A stretch of 64,000 nt of DNA, from positions 19,734-83,733 of the forward strand of contig CAVYGB010000003.1 in assembly GCA_963767925.1 (NCBI GenBank), in the 5' to 3' direction. Position numbers and translations under genes: made by a program. This DNA comes from an uncultured delta proteobacterium (lineage in GTDB: Bacteria; Myxococcota_A; Polyangia; Fen-1088). Shown here piece after piece: positions 1 to 9,949 of this stretch. Each line of letters begins with the position of its first letter. Positions within the stretch are counted from its first letter, which is position 1. The notes below the pieces were generated by a model. It ran no database searches and was not told the origin of the DNA. It saw only the letters and a program-made list of their open reading frames with translations.

Positions 1-100
1 AGCGGCGCATGAAGGGAACTCCACGCGGCCGACCCACGCGATATACACTGTGCCGCCGCCCAGACGGCGCGTCGATGGGAAACCAGGGAAGGGCTTTTGG

Positions 101-1042
101 ATGAGCAGAAATGAACAGATAGGCCGCGAGCTGCGCGTCATCGGTGCCGTCGCTGCTGGCCTGCTGTGCATGGCTTCCGGGCGCCCCGCCGGCGCGGCCC
201 CGACCGTCGCGCCACCGGTGGTGATCGAGGCGAGCGCGGGCGAGCTGGCGGCGCTGCGGGCCCTCGGTCCCGACGTCCGGCTGTTCACCGCCCGCGGGCG
301 TCCCCTGCGCAGCCTGAGCGAGCTGCGCGAGCCGGGGGTGGAGGTGGGCAGCGCCGACCTCGAGCTGGCCCGCGGGGTGATGGCCCTGCTGCGCGCGGGC
401 GGGGTGAAGTTCGCCGGCGGCGCCTTCGACGTCATGACCCTGACCGGCGACAACCAGCTCGCCTCGCTGTTCACCCGCCGCAAGGCCCTGCGCCTGTTCC
501 TGCTGCGCGCCCGCCCGGGCGGCGCCGAGGGCGCCATCGTCGAGCGCGGCGGCGGCGTGCCGCTCGCCCTCCGGGCCGCGGGTCAGATCGGGGGCGCCCC
601 GGCGGCGGCGCCCGCCCCGGCGGCGGCCCCGGCCAGCACCCGCAGCGGCGTGATGACCGGCTTTGGTTCCCTGCGGCGGGTGGCCCGGGGGACGACCGCC
701 CGCCACCGCACCTGGGTGCGCACCAGCGCCGAGATCGAGGAGAAGCGGGCCCGTCCCGGGCGGGCCTTCGTCGTCGTGCACGTCGAGCGCGACTTCTCGC
801 TGGGCCTCGGCAAGGTCGCCTACCTGTTCGGCAGCGGCATCGTCGTCGACCCCGACTTCAGCCAGCTCGTTGTGCTCGACGGCGCCCGCCGCCACACTCC
901 CGCCGCCGTGTTCGCCGACGGCCCCACCCTCGAGCTGGCCTACGACGTTCCCGCCGGGGCGAAGAACCTGCGCCTGGAGGACGGCGACCTGAGCTGGCCC
1001 CTCGACGAGCGGATGGCCGCCGCCACCCCGATCGGCCCCTGA
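101..1042 (+). CDS. Secreted hypothetical protein (possible C-terminal Ig-like/DUF4352-like domain)
   Basis: ATG at 101, signal-peptide-like N-terminus, GC3-rich codons, C-terminal ...LELAYDVPAGAKNLRL. Confidence 0.6.
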   Translation: MSRNEQIGRELRVIGAVAAGLLCMASGRPAGAAPTVAPPVVIEASAGELAALRALGPDVRLFTARGRPLRSLSELREPGVEVGSADLELARGVMALLRAGGVKFAGGAFDVMTLTGDNQLASLFTRRKALRLFLLRARPGGAEGAIVERGGGVPLALRAAGQIGGAPAAAPAPAAAPASTRSGVMTGFGSLRRVARGTTARHRTWVRTSAEIEEKRARPGRAFVVVHVERDFSLGLGKVAYLFGSGIVVDPDFSQLVVLDGARRHTPAAVFADGPTLELAYDVPAGAKNLRLEDGDLSWPLDERMAAATPIGP

Positions 1043-1060
1043 CGAGCGAGGCCCGGCGCC

Positions 1061-1909
1061 TTACTGGCGGCGCACCAAGACGGCGCCGTTTTCGGGGGGG
1101 ATGAGGGTGTGGACCATCGGCGAGCCGCGGACCGGGACGGCGTCGCCGTGCACGCTGACCTCGGTGCCGAGGTAGCCTACCGCCTCGATGCGATCGCCCG
1201 GGGCCAGCGTGGCCTGCAGGAAGCGGGGCTCGCGCTCGAGCTTGGCGGGCCGCAGGGCCGCGCCCAGGGCCTGGCGGACCTCGCGCGGGACGTCGCCGAC
1301 GTGGCGGGGGGAATCGAGCAGGTGGATGGCGGCCGGGTTTACCCGCACCGAGGACCCGTCGTCGAGCCGCAGGCGGAAGGGCACGCCCCGGATGTCCTCG
1401 CGGGCGGTGGAGCCGGCCCGGTCGGCGGTGCCCACCTCCCAGAACTGGGCCCGCGCGTACACCACCGGCCGCTCGCTGCCGGGCGCGGGGAAGACCTTGC
1501 CCTCCGGCTCGATGGTGCCGGTCAGCCGGACCAGCGTGCCCGGGCTGGCCCCCGCGATGCTCTGGAGCAGCGGCGTGCCGATGAAGCGGCGCCGCTGCCG
1601 CCAGCCCCGGTTCTGGAAGGGCAGGGTCATCAGGCCCAGGGCGGCCCCGAAGACGAGCGACTTCCAGGGCCCCCAGACCTGAGCGGTCAGGTCGAGCGCC
1701 AGCGAGGCGCTCGCCGCCCCCAGCCCCATGAGCAGCGAGGCGCCCCCCGCGCCCAGCCGGCTGTTCTCGAAGATCTCGACCCCGTCGCCCCAGCGACTGC
1801 GCACCAGAGGTCCCAGAGGGGCAGGCGCCGCCAAGGCCCGGCTGCCTTCCGTGGTCGGGCCCGAGGCGCCCGGGATCGGATCCTTCAGCGGCCCCGCACG
1901 GCCATCCAC
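1061..1909 (-). CDS. Membrane protein with GIDE-like domain
   Basis: Two TM segments then GTLVRLTGTI...VPFRLRLDDGS...TLAPGDRIEAVG; GTG start after GAAGGG. Confidence 0.5.
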   Translation of the reverse strand: MDGRAGPLKDPIPGASGPTTEGSRALAAPAPLGPLVRSRWGDGVEIFENSRLGAGGASLLMGLGAASASLALDLTAQVWGPWKSLVFGAALGLMTLPFQNRGWRQRRRFIGTPLLQSIAGASPGTLVRLTGTIEPEGKVFPAPGSERPVVYARAQFWEVGTADRAGSTAREDIRGVPFRLRLDDGSSVRVNPAAIHLLDSPRHVGDVPREVRQALGAALRPAKLEREPRFLQATLAPGDRIEAVGYLGTEVSVHGDAVPVRGSPMVHTLIPPENGAVLVRRQ

Positions 1910-1973
1910 CCCTTCACTATACTGCGACAAGCGCCGTGTCGGCGCGAAGGACTCGGGCCGGCGCAGCTGCTGC

Positions 1974-3434
1974 TCAGGGCATGCCGCCCTGGCGGCGCAG
2001 CAGCCCGAACAGCTCGGCGCGGGTGCGGGGGCCGTGGGCGGAGAAGGTGGGAGAGGGGTTGTTGCGATACTCCCGGCGCGCCTTCGAGACCGCATCCTCC
2101 TTCTGGACCTGGCGGATCTCGTCGGGCTCCACGGCGTAGACCCGGGCCGCGTTCAGTCCGAAGATCTTGGCCTTGGCCTCCCGGGTCAGCGCCGGGTAGC
2201 CGTGTTTCTCCTGCAGCTCGACCGGGATCTGGAAGGCGCGGAAGGCCTGGATCTGGTCCTGGGGCGAGCCGAACCAGATGCCGTCGGTCCCCCAGAGGAT
2301 GCGGTCTTCGCCGAGGTGCTTGAGCAGCTTGCCGATCACGTGGGCCGCCTCGGTCGGTTTTTTCATGACCTCGCGCCAGACCCCGCCGAGCTCGGCCCAG
2401 ACGTTGCCATCCTTGCCGATGCCCGCCAGCTCGAGCGAGCGGATGAGGCCGTTGACCCCCTTCTTGCCGGTGGGGTCGTAGGGCCCCTCGACCGTGTCGG
2501 GCTGGTAGGCCGAGTGGTAGATGAGGAACTTGGCCTTGGGGAACGCCCGCGCCACCGGGCCCACGTCGTCGGCCTGGGCGAACACCGGATCTTGCCCTTC
2601 GAGCGGCAGGCCCTTGTGGATCGCGAAGATCGGCTTGCCCAGCTCGAGGCCGTGGCGGATGGCCGCCAGCCCGGTCGCCGGGTCGTCGAGGCGGTAGCCG
2701 CGGCCGTCGGGACCCCAGACCGGGTACAGCTTCCAGGCGTCGATGCGCTGGGTGTCGGTGAGGGCCTGCATCGAATCGAACAGCTTGTGCCGGTCGTAGA
2801 CCTTGGGCAGCACCAGCGCGTGCAGGCGCAGCCGCCCGCGCCCGAGCTTGGCAGCAACCTCGGCGGTCTCGGCCGCCTCCTCGATGTGCAGCGGGTTGAT
2901 GTCCGGGGTGCCCCACAGCGCGCTCAGCACCGCCAGGTCGGTGTCGCTGTCGATGAAGATGTCCTTGATGTAGGGGTCGCGGGTGAAGCACTCGACGAAG
3001 TTCGGCTTGCAGCTCGCCTGCGGCTGCTTGTCGAGGAAGCTCGCCAGGGTCGGGCGGCTGCTCTGCCACCAGGTGCGATCGGGCGACACGTGGTGGGTCT
3101 GCACGTCGAAGATGAACTCGTCGCCCTCCAGGGTCTCGGCGGCCACGGCCGGCTCGAAGGGGGCCTCCTGCGGCCGCACCAGCTGGTAGGTCGGCCCACA
3201 CCCCGACAGCTCGTTGAGCGACAGCAACACGGTGGCGGCGCCGCAGCTCGACCGGAGGTAGTCGCGCCGGCTCACCCCCAGGCGCCGGGCGTTGTCGAGG
3301 CAGCGCTCGAAGGCGACCTTCTGGACCCGCTGCAGCGCCGGCGAGGACGGCGGCGGGACGTATTCTCCGTTGGAGGTCGGCTCGAGCTTGATGGGGAGCT
3401 GCAGCGGCGATTCCTGGTCGGACTTGCGCATCAC
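1974..3434 (-). CDS. Amidohydrolase family protein (Amidohydro_2)
   Basis: IFDVQTHH metal motif, IHKG, ILWGTDGIWFGSPQDQI, KIFGLNAARVY. Confidence 0.85.
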   Translation of the reverse strand: MMRKSDQESPLQLPIKLEPTSNGEYVPPPSSPALQRVQKVAFERCLDNARRLGVSRRDYLRSSCGAATVLLSLNELSGCGPTYQLVRPQEAPFEPAVAAETLEGDEFIFDVQTHHVSPDRTWWQSSRPTLASFLDKQPQASCKPNFVECFTRDPYIKDIFIDSDTDLAVLSALWGTPDINPLHIEEAAETAEVAAKLGRGRLRLHALVLPKVYDRHKLFDSMQALTDTQRIDAWKLYPVWGPDGRGYRLDDPATGLAAIRHGLELGKPIFAIHKGLPLEGQDPVFAQADDVGPVARAFPKAKFLIYHSAYQPDTVEGPYDPTGKKGVNGLIRSLELAGIGKDGNVWAELGGVWREVMKKPTEAAHVIGKLLKHLGEDRILWGTDGIWFGSPQDQIQAFRAFQIPVELQEKHGYPALTREAKAKIFGLNAARVYAVEPDEIRQVQKEDAVSKARREYRNNPSPTFSAHGPRTRAELFGLLRRQGGMP

Positions 3435-3622
3435 TTACCTCGCCCCGGACCAGATGCGACCGCCCCGCGCGGCTGCAAGCGGGATTCGCCCTTGCTCGCC
3501 GCGAATCGGAGGCCAATCCGATGCGCACTCCGGATGGCCAAATTGGCGGGCCGATCCGGGTGCCAATCCGTGTGCAGCGATGCCCGGGAGATTTCGCGGA
3601 GGTATCCGCCGCGATCGGCGCG

Positions 3623-5374
3623 TCAGCGGTTGGCCACGTCGGCGGCCAGGCGAGTCAGCTCCAGGATGCGGCGATCCTCGACCGCGGCGGCGCGCGGGTC
3701 GGCCACCCGCCGGCGCATCTCCCGCACGAATCCGTCGATGTTGTAGCGGCGGCCGGTCTCCGGGTTGAGCCCGTAGGTGACCCCGGGCGTGCGCTCGCGC
3801 TGCTCGAGCGCGGCGAGGGCCTCCTCCAGGGTGCGCCGGTGGGCGGGCTTGCGATCCTCGAGGTAGAGGCGCTGCGCGAGGTAGGCCCGCAGCCACTCGC
3901 GCGTGAGGACGGCGGCGTCGAGCAGGAAGCGGAAGTCCTCCTCGAGCGGGGCGAGCTGGGCGGGCGGCAGGTAGCGGGCCGCCTGGCGCAGGTCGGCCTG
4001 GCTGGCCCGCACCTGGGCCACCACCGCGTCCTTCTCGGCCATCGCCCGGGCGAAGGTCTCCGCGTCGGGGTGGTAGAGCTTCTCCTCCCGGACCAGGTCG
4101 CCGGGCTCCTGGGTCCACTTGAAGCGGGAGCGGAGCAGGACCCGGCTGTAGAGGTAGGCGTAGTCGGCCCACTCTCGCCCGATCTCCTTGTGCAGCCAGT
4201 ATTCGAGGTGCCAGCGGCCCCGGTGGTTGATGGCCTCGGTGCGGGCCAGCGCCGCCACGACGTGGGGCACCGCCCGTGGCGGGTAGCGGCGGGCGGCCCA
4301 GTCGGTCAGCACCCGGTCGACGCCCAGGGTGGGATCGGCGACGAAGCGGGAGAAGGCGTACAGGTTCACCTCGTGCGAGTCGACGAACGGCTCGGCGGCG
4401 TGCAGGCGGGCCCGCCCCACCAGCCCGACCGCCCTCGTGTCGCGGGCGCGGAGGGCCACCCGGCGGATGTAATCGGTCTGGGCATAGGCGCCGCGGGGAT
4501 CCCAGGCCTTCTCCACTCCCAGGTCGATCTCGATGATCTGCCGCTTGCGCCCCATCTGCCCGTGCAGGGGATCCCAGGGGTAAAAGGGGTGAAACTCGTG
4601 GGTTGTGTCCTTGCTCATGACGATGACGTCGTCGGGCAGGCGCTCGACCCCCCGCTTGAAGTGGGCCATCTCGAGCGGCTCGTAGAAGAAGTTGCGCACG
4701 ATGAGCTGCTTGCCCTTCCGGGCGAGCAGGTCGTAGAGCAGCTTGCTGACCTTGTAGACTCGCTCGGCGACGTCGGCGCCGGCGGCGGTCCGGGTGGCGA
4801 TGTCGCCGTGGCGGAACACCTTGAGGTCGCTCTCGTGCAGGGTGAGCACGAACCCGGCGGTGCCGGGGACGGCGGCCAGCAGCCGCTCGTAGCGCTCGGT
4901 GAGGTAGGTCCAGAGGCCGGGGTTGTCGTAGTCGACCCGCCCCTTGACCAGGAAGCGGGTGGGCAGGTCGTCGAACTCGTGGACCCACAGGTAGTAGGGG
5001 ATGCCCTGCGAGGCGGCGAGATCGCCAATCCGCCGCAGGTCGGTCTTCCAGCCGGGGATGAGGCGGAAGTTCTCGCCCCGCTTGAGCTGCCGCACGTGGG
5101 CCGAGGGGGCGTCGGGCCGGACGTCATCGTCGGAGGCCAGGAACCCTTCCACCGAGCGGAAGAACTCGTGCGAGAAGATGAAGGAGCTCACCCCGTAGCC
5201 GCGCGCCCGCCGGATGGCGTCCTCGAGCTTCGGCAGGTTGAACTCGTGGAACTGCCAGGCGTTCATGGTGAACGGAGAGGCGGCCGCCCGGGCCGGCGCA
5301 GCGGGCAGGGCGGCGGCGAGCGCCAGGGCGAAGGCAACGAGGCGGGTCGCGGTGAGCAGCGGCAGGAGCGGCAT
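3623..5374 (-). CDS. Secreted putative glycoside-hydrolase-like protein
   Basis: Signal peptide, 583 aa coding-like ORF; the family assignment is tentative. Confidence 0.5.
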   Translation of the reverse strand: MPLLPLLTATRLVAFALALAAALPAAPARAAASPFTMNAWQFHEFNLPKLEDAIRRARGYGVSSFIFSHEFFRSVEGFLASDDDVRPDAPSAHVRQLKRGENFRLIPGWKTDLRRIGDLAASQGIPYYLWVHEFDDLPTRFLVKGRVDYDNPGLWTYLTERYERLLAAVPGTAGFVLTLHESDLKVFRHGDIATRTAAGADVAERVYKVSKLLYDLLARKGKQLIVRNFFYEPLEMAHFKRGVERLPDDVIVMSKDTTHEFHPFYPWDPLHGQMGRKRQIIEIDLGVEKAWDPRGAYAQTDYIRRVALRARDTRAVGLVGRARLHAAEPFVDSHEVNLYAFSRFVADPTLGVDRVLTDWAARRYPPRAVPHVVAALARTEAINHRGRWHLEYWLHKEIGREWADYAYLYSRVLLRSRFKWTQEPGDLVREEKLYHPDAETFARAMAEKDAVVAQVRASQADLRQAARYLPPAQLAPLEEDFRFLLDAAVLTREWLRAYLAQRLYLEDRKPAHRRTLEEALAALEQRERTPGVTYGLNPETGRRYNIDGFVREMRRRVADPRAAAVEDRRILELTRLAADVANR

Positions 5375-5761
5375 GGCGGCCCGACGCTATCCCGCCCCGG
5401 CTCCCCCGGCGAGGAAACTGGAGCGACCCTCGGTCCATCGCCTCTCCTGGCGGCCGACCGCGGCCGTGGGGACAGGTCGGCTCGTCTGCGCGCCGGGTGA
5501 GGGACGCCCGCCCCGGCACCTGCCCTCACCCTACCCGAGAGCCCGTCCGGAGGAGGTCCGCGGCGCACGGGGTCAGGGGGCCCCGGGTGGGGCGTTGACC
5601 GAATCTGGGCCCAGCGTTAACGTTGTCGCCCGGCTGCGGAGTTGGCGATATCCTCGCGGCCGGTCCGGGGCCCAGCGCGCGCCTCGGAGATCGTGACCGG
5701 GGTGGGCGGCGGGGCGAGACCCGGTCTCGCGGAGTGGGACTCAAGCAAGAGAGGACTCCAC

Positions 5762-7638
5762 ATGCGTCCGGTTCCACAGCTCAGCGCGGTGCTGCTCTCC
5801 GCGATCGCGCCCCTGGTTTGTCTGGCCTCCGGGTGTGGCCCTTCGGCCTCCCGGTCCCACCCGTTGCCCGAGCTGGTCCAGCCGCCCTACGCGCCCGGGA
5901 GCGCGGGCGGCGGCGCCATGACCCAGGCCGGTGCGCCCGGCGTCGACCAGCCCGCCGATGGCGGCGCCGGGGGAGCCGGCGGGGCCCCGGCCAGCATCGA
6001 TCCGGTGGCGGCGCCGCCTCCGCCCGCGGCGACCGAGGCCGACGCCGGCCCGACCGGCGCTGCCGGCTCCGTCCTGGGCGCGATCTGTGGCGCCGGCGTC
6101 GAGTGCGCGTCGGGGTTCTGCGTGGACGGGATCTGCTGCGCCGAGGCCTGCGCCTCGCCCTGCCAGAGCTGCGGCCAGGTCGACTCCCCCGGCCGCTGCG
6201 TCCCGGTGCCGACCGGCCAGGATCCCGACAACGACTGCGCCTTCGAGCCGGCGGCCATGTGTGGCCTGGACGGGACCTGCGACGGGCAGGGGGCCTGCCG
6301 GCGCCACGTGCTGGGGACCGAATGTGCGCCCGGCGGCTGCGCCGGGGCCAGCGAGCTGGCCGCCCGGGTGTGCGACGGCAACGGCGTCTGCCAGCCGGCG
6401 CAGGCGCGGAGCTGCGCTCCGGCGGTGTGCCGGCAGGGCTCGTGCGCCGCCCGCTGTGCCTCGGGCGCCGACTGCCAGAACGGCTTCTTCTGCGACGGAG
6501 GGATGTGCCGGCTGCGCCGCCCGCTCGGCCAGGCCTGCGGCGCCTCCGGGCAATGTGCCTCCGGGGCCTGCGTCGACGGGGTCTGCTGCAACGGCGCCTG
6601 CACCGAGCGCTGCTCGGCCTGCAACCTCCCGGGGTCGGTGGGCCGCTGCGCGGCGGTCCCGACCGGCCAGGACCCGGCCGCCGAGTGCGCCGCCCAGGAC
6701 CGGGCCACCTGCGGCCGCGACGGCGCCTGCAACGGAGCGGGGGCCTGCCGGCTGCAAGCCGCCGGGACCGAGTGCGCCGCCGCCACCTGCTCCGGCCAGA
6801 CCGCCACCTCCGCCCGGCAGTGCAACGGCCGCGGGCAGTGCGGGGCACCGGCCCGCACCGAAACCTGTGGCGCCTTCGCCTGCGCCGGGGCCACCTGCGC
6901 CAGAGCGTGCGAGGGGGCTCAGGGCTGCGCCGACGGCTTCACCTGCAACGGGACGGTGTGCGCCGAGGACGGCCTGGTCCTGTACTGGAAGCTCGACGAG
7001 GCCGGCGGCGCCACCGCGCTCGACGCCTCGGGCAACGGCTTTGACGGGACCTACCTGGAGGCGCCCAGCCGGCCGTCGCCGTCCGCGCCGGTCGACCCCG
7101 CCCTGCGGTTCGCCAACCCGCGCAGCCGGGCGTTCTCCGGGGCCGAGCAGCAGGGCATCGTCCTGGCCAGCATGCCGGCGCCGCTGCGGCCGACCGAGGA
7201 GCTGACCCTCTCGGTCTGGTACCGCTCCACCGCGGTCGACACCGGCGGCGGCGGCGAGCTGATCAGCCTCGGCAACAACACGCTGGTGCGCGTCCGGACC
7301 GACGACATCGACGTGTCCAAGCGGGTGCCCAACGGCGACGCTCCCGGCGCGTACGCGCGTTGCTTCGGCGCCGCGCCCGGCCACCTCGACGGCAACTGGC
7401 ACCACCTGGCAGCGGTGATCGACGCGACGACGGTGACCGTCTACTTCGACGGCAACCAGGTCTGTCAGCTCATGAACGTCCAGCCGATGCTGTACGACCG
7501 CGGCGCCGATCTGTCCGTGGGGCGCCACGCCGACGGCCAGGACGACTTCGACTTCGACGGCAACATCGACGAGGTCCGGATCTACGCCCGCGCCCTTCCC
7601 CCGACCGCATCGCCCAGCTCGCCCGCGGCAGCAACTAG
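5762..7638 (+). CDS. Cys-rich lipoprotein with C-terminal LamG domain (probable 1-nt frameshift near 7600)
   Basis: Lipobox LASGC; CASGFCVDGICC repeats; GLVLYWKLDE...DASGNG...WHHLA...FDGNIDEVRIY. Natural end ...PDRIAQLARGSN* (7638) is in a shifted frame at a C-run. Confidence 0.8.
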
Positions 7639-7797
7639 CGCACCGCAGTCGAAATAGCGTCAAGGCTGCGCCGACGATCCGCGCCCCCGCTTCGTTGCTC
7701 CTCCTCGGAATACGCCGGATATTCGTCGTCGTCGCGCCTCGCGGGGCCGCAGGCTCGTCGGCGGATCCTTGACCCTATTTCGACTGCGGTGCACTAG
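7635..7797. mobile_element. CTAG-bounded palindromic MITE-like element, copy 1 (163 bp)
   Basis: 31-bp terminal inverted repeat ctagcgcaccgcagtcgaaatagcgtcaagg / ccttgaccctatttcgactgcggtgcactag (2 mismatches); core shared with 43404-43568. Confidence 0.7.
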
Positions 7798-7808
7798 CCC
7801 CGACCGCC

Positions 7809-8262
7809 AGACCCCTCACCCCTCCCTCTCCCCGCTCCGCGGGGCGAGGGCGAACGGAAAACGGGGTGCGAGAATCTCGGCCGAATCTGCCGTACTCCTC
7901 GGACGACTGGGAGAAGCGCCGCTGGTTGGATCCTTCGCTCGGATTGATGATCGGGCATCTGGCGGATCGTTCGCCCTCGCCCCGCGGTCTGCCGCGGGAG
8001 AGGGTGGGGTGAGTTCGCTCGGATTGATGATCGGGGCATCTGGCGGATCGTTCGCCCTCGCCCCGCGGTCTGCCGCGGGAGAGGGTGGGGTGAGTTCGCT
8101 CGGATTGATGATCGGGGCATCTGGCGGATCGTTCGCCCTCGCCCCGCGGTCTGCCGCGGGAGAGGGTGGGGTGAGTTCGCTCGGATTGATGATCGGGCAT
8201 CTGGCGGATCGTTCGCCCTCGCCCCGCGGTCTGCCGCGGGGAGAGGGTGGGGTGAGGGGTCT
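7809..8262. repeat. REP-bracketed (REPIN-like) element with 4 tandem 80-81 bp units
   Basis: Left REP agacccctcacccctccctctccccgc..gcggggcgagggcgaac; units start at 7934, 8014, 8095, 8176 and each contains the inverted REP. Confidence 0.85.
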
Positions 8263-8598
8263 CCGCTGCGCGCTGCCCACGGGCGGGCGCGCGGCGCAAT
8301 TCGTGCGGCGTACGCGCGGCTGCGGTTGTGCAGGTGGCAAGGGACGCCGGCAATGAGCATTGTGTGGGAGCGTGTTGTCGGGCTTTGACCCGTTGCCCGT
8401 GGCGCTCTCGCACGGTGTCGGGGCTTGCGGGCGGTTGTGGGCGTCGTTGTCGGCGGGCAAGCCTCTGCGGCCGATTGCGTTGCGGATTGGCTGGCCCGGT
8501 AACGGATCCGCAACGGCATCGAGCGCATTTTGCTCACGGTCGCGACCGAACGGGACCTATTCTGGAGTCTAAGCCTAAGAGGGGGTACCAAGTTGCTC

Positions 8599-9216
8599 AT
8601 GGGCGTCCGGGGTCGTCTCCGCGCTGGGCGCGGAGCCAGGGTTCTGTTGACCTTTGCGTGTGGTGCCTGCGCGGTCTCCCCGCTGGCCTGCGCCCCGCAC
8701 GCCGCCGATCGCGCCACCGTCGGTGGCCTCGCCGGTGCCGGCGGCTCTGGGCGGGGTCGGACGAGCCCGACCTTGCCCCCTAGCGGTGGCAGCGGCGGCG
8801 CCTCCGGCGGCGTGGCCGGCATGGCGGGTGCGCCGGTGGCAGGCAGCGGCGGCAGCGCCGGACCGGGCCCCGGCGGCGACGCCGGCACCGACAGCGCGAC
8901 GGGCCCCGGGCCCGATCCGATCCCACCGCCGTCCGTCGACGCCGGCAGCGCCGCCGACCTCGCCGTCCTGGACGGCACACCCCGGGACGTCGGCCCGCCG
9001 CTGAGCAACGCCGTCGCCGCGAGCTGCACCAACCTGCCTACCTGGCGATCCGGCGTCCAGTACCAGCAAGGCGCCGACGTCATTCACCTCGAGCCGCGGC
9101 GCCGCTTCGAGTGCCGCACCTGGCCCTACACCCCCTGGTGCGCCCTGTCGGCCTACGAGCCCGGCCTCAACCGCCACTGGCCGGAAGCCTGGGTCGACCG
9201 CGGCCGCTGCCCGTAG
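8599..9216 (+). CDS. Lipoprotein with C-terminal CBM5/12-like carbohydrate-binding module
   Basis: Gly/Pro linker then WRSGVQYQQG...FECRTWPYTPWC...YEPG...W.EAW...GRC. Confidence 0.65.
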   Translation: MGVRGRLRAGRGARVLLTFACGACAVSPLACAPHAADRATVGGLAGAGGSGRGRTSPTLPPSGGSGGASGGVAGMAGAPVAGSGGSAGPGPGGDAGTDSATGPGPDPIPPPSVDAGSAADLAVLDGTPRDVGPPLSNAVAASCTNLPTWRSGVQYQQGADVIHLEPRRRFECRTWPYTPWCALSAYEPGLNRHWPEAWVDRGRCP

Positions 9217-9272
9217 GGAAAACGCCTCGAATCTCCCGCATCCGCGGCGCGGACCTGACGCGTCCTGGCCGC

Positions 9273-9824
9273 TCAGGTCACCCGGCCCGCCGCGCTCCCG
9301 GGGAGGATGAGGGCGGTGTCGGCGAGCTCGTGCGACAGGTAGCCACCGTCGAGGGCGACGGCGTGGGCGGCGCGGAGGAGGGGCACGTCCGCGAAGGCCT
9401 GCAGGAGCTGGTGGTGGCTCTCGTCGGGCTCGTGCAGTCCGGAGAGGATGCCCTGGACCACCCGCAACCGGTGCCCGGGTCCGATGCGCAGGTCGGTCTC
9501 GTCCGCCCCGGCGCGCAGGGCCTCGCCGCGCTGGTCGGCCGCGCGGGCGGCTCCCTCGAGCGCGCGCACCACCGTGGTGCCCACCGCTACCACCCTCCCG
9601 CCGGCTCCGCCGGGTCCGGGCCAGCGCGGCCTCGTCTCGGCCGGGATCTCGTAGGGCTCGGGCAGCGGCAGGCGGGCGTCCAGCTTCGCGTCGCCGGTGG
9701 CGCTGAGGCCGGCGGCGTGGGTGAGGTGGGCCAGGGTCACGCCCGTGCGGCGCAGCTCGAGCAGGATCCGCCAGCTCAGCGCCCGCCCCGCCGACGGCAT
9801 CTCGAAGGCCCAGGGCCCGCTGGC
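9273..9824 (-). pseudogene. QueA-like SAM:tRNA ribosyltransferase-isomerase, C-terminal fragment
   Basis: PWAFEMPSAGR, LTHAAGLS, GGRVVAVGTTVVRALE, SGLHEP, YLSHE; N-terminal half absent. Confidence 0.75.
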
Positions 9825-9943
9825 AGCTCCAGCCCGGCGACGTTGTCGTCTTCCGGGGCGACCAGCGCCACGGTTACCGCAACCTGGGCCCCACCACCGC
9901 GGTGGCCTGCAGCGTGGTGGCCTTCTCCCCGGTCGCGGTCTGA
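9818..9943 (+). pseudogene. C-terminal remnant of XRE-cupin transcriptional regulator
   Basis: Manual translation RWQLQPGDVVVFRGDQRHGYRNLGPTTAVACSVVAFSPVAV*; no start codon or HTH upstream. Confidence 0.65.
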
Positions 9944-9949
9944 GCCCGA

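Noticed and set aside
7635..7797. Integron attC site or simple rho-independent terminator
   Set aside because: No RYYYAAC...GTTRRRY boxes, no integrase, no U-tract; the same applies to 43404-43568.
7934..8256. CRISPR array or repeat protein
   Set aside because: No variable spacers; units contain a REP, and ORFs across them lack an RBS and codon bias.
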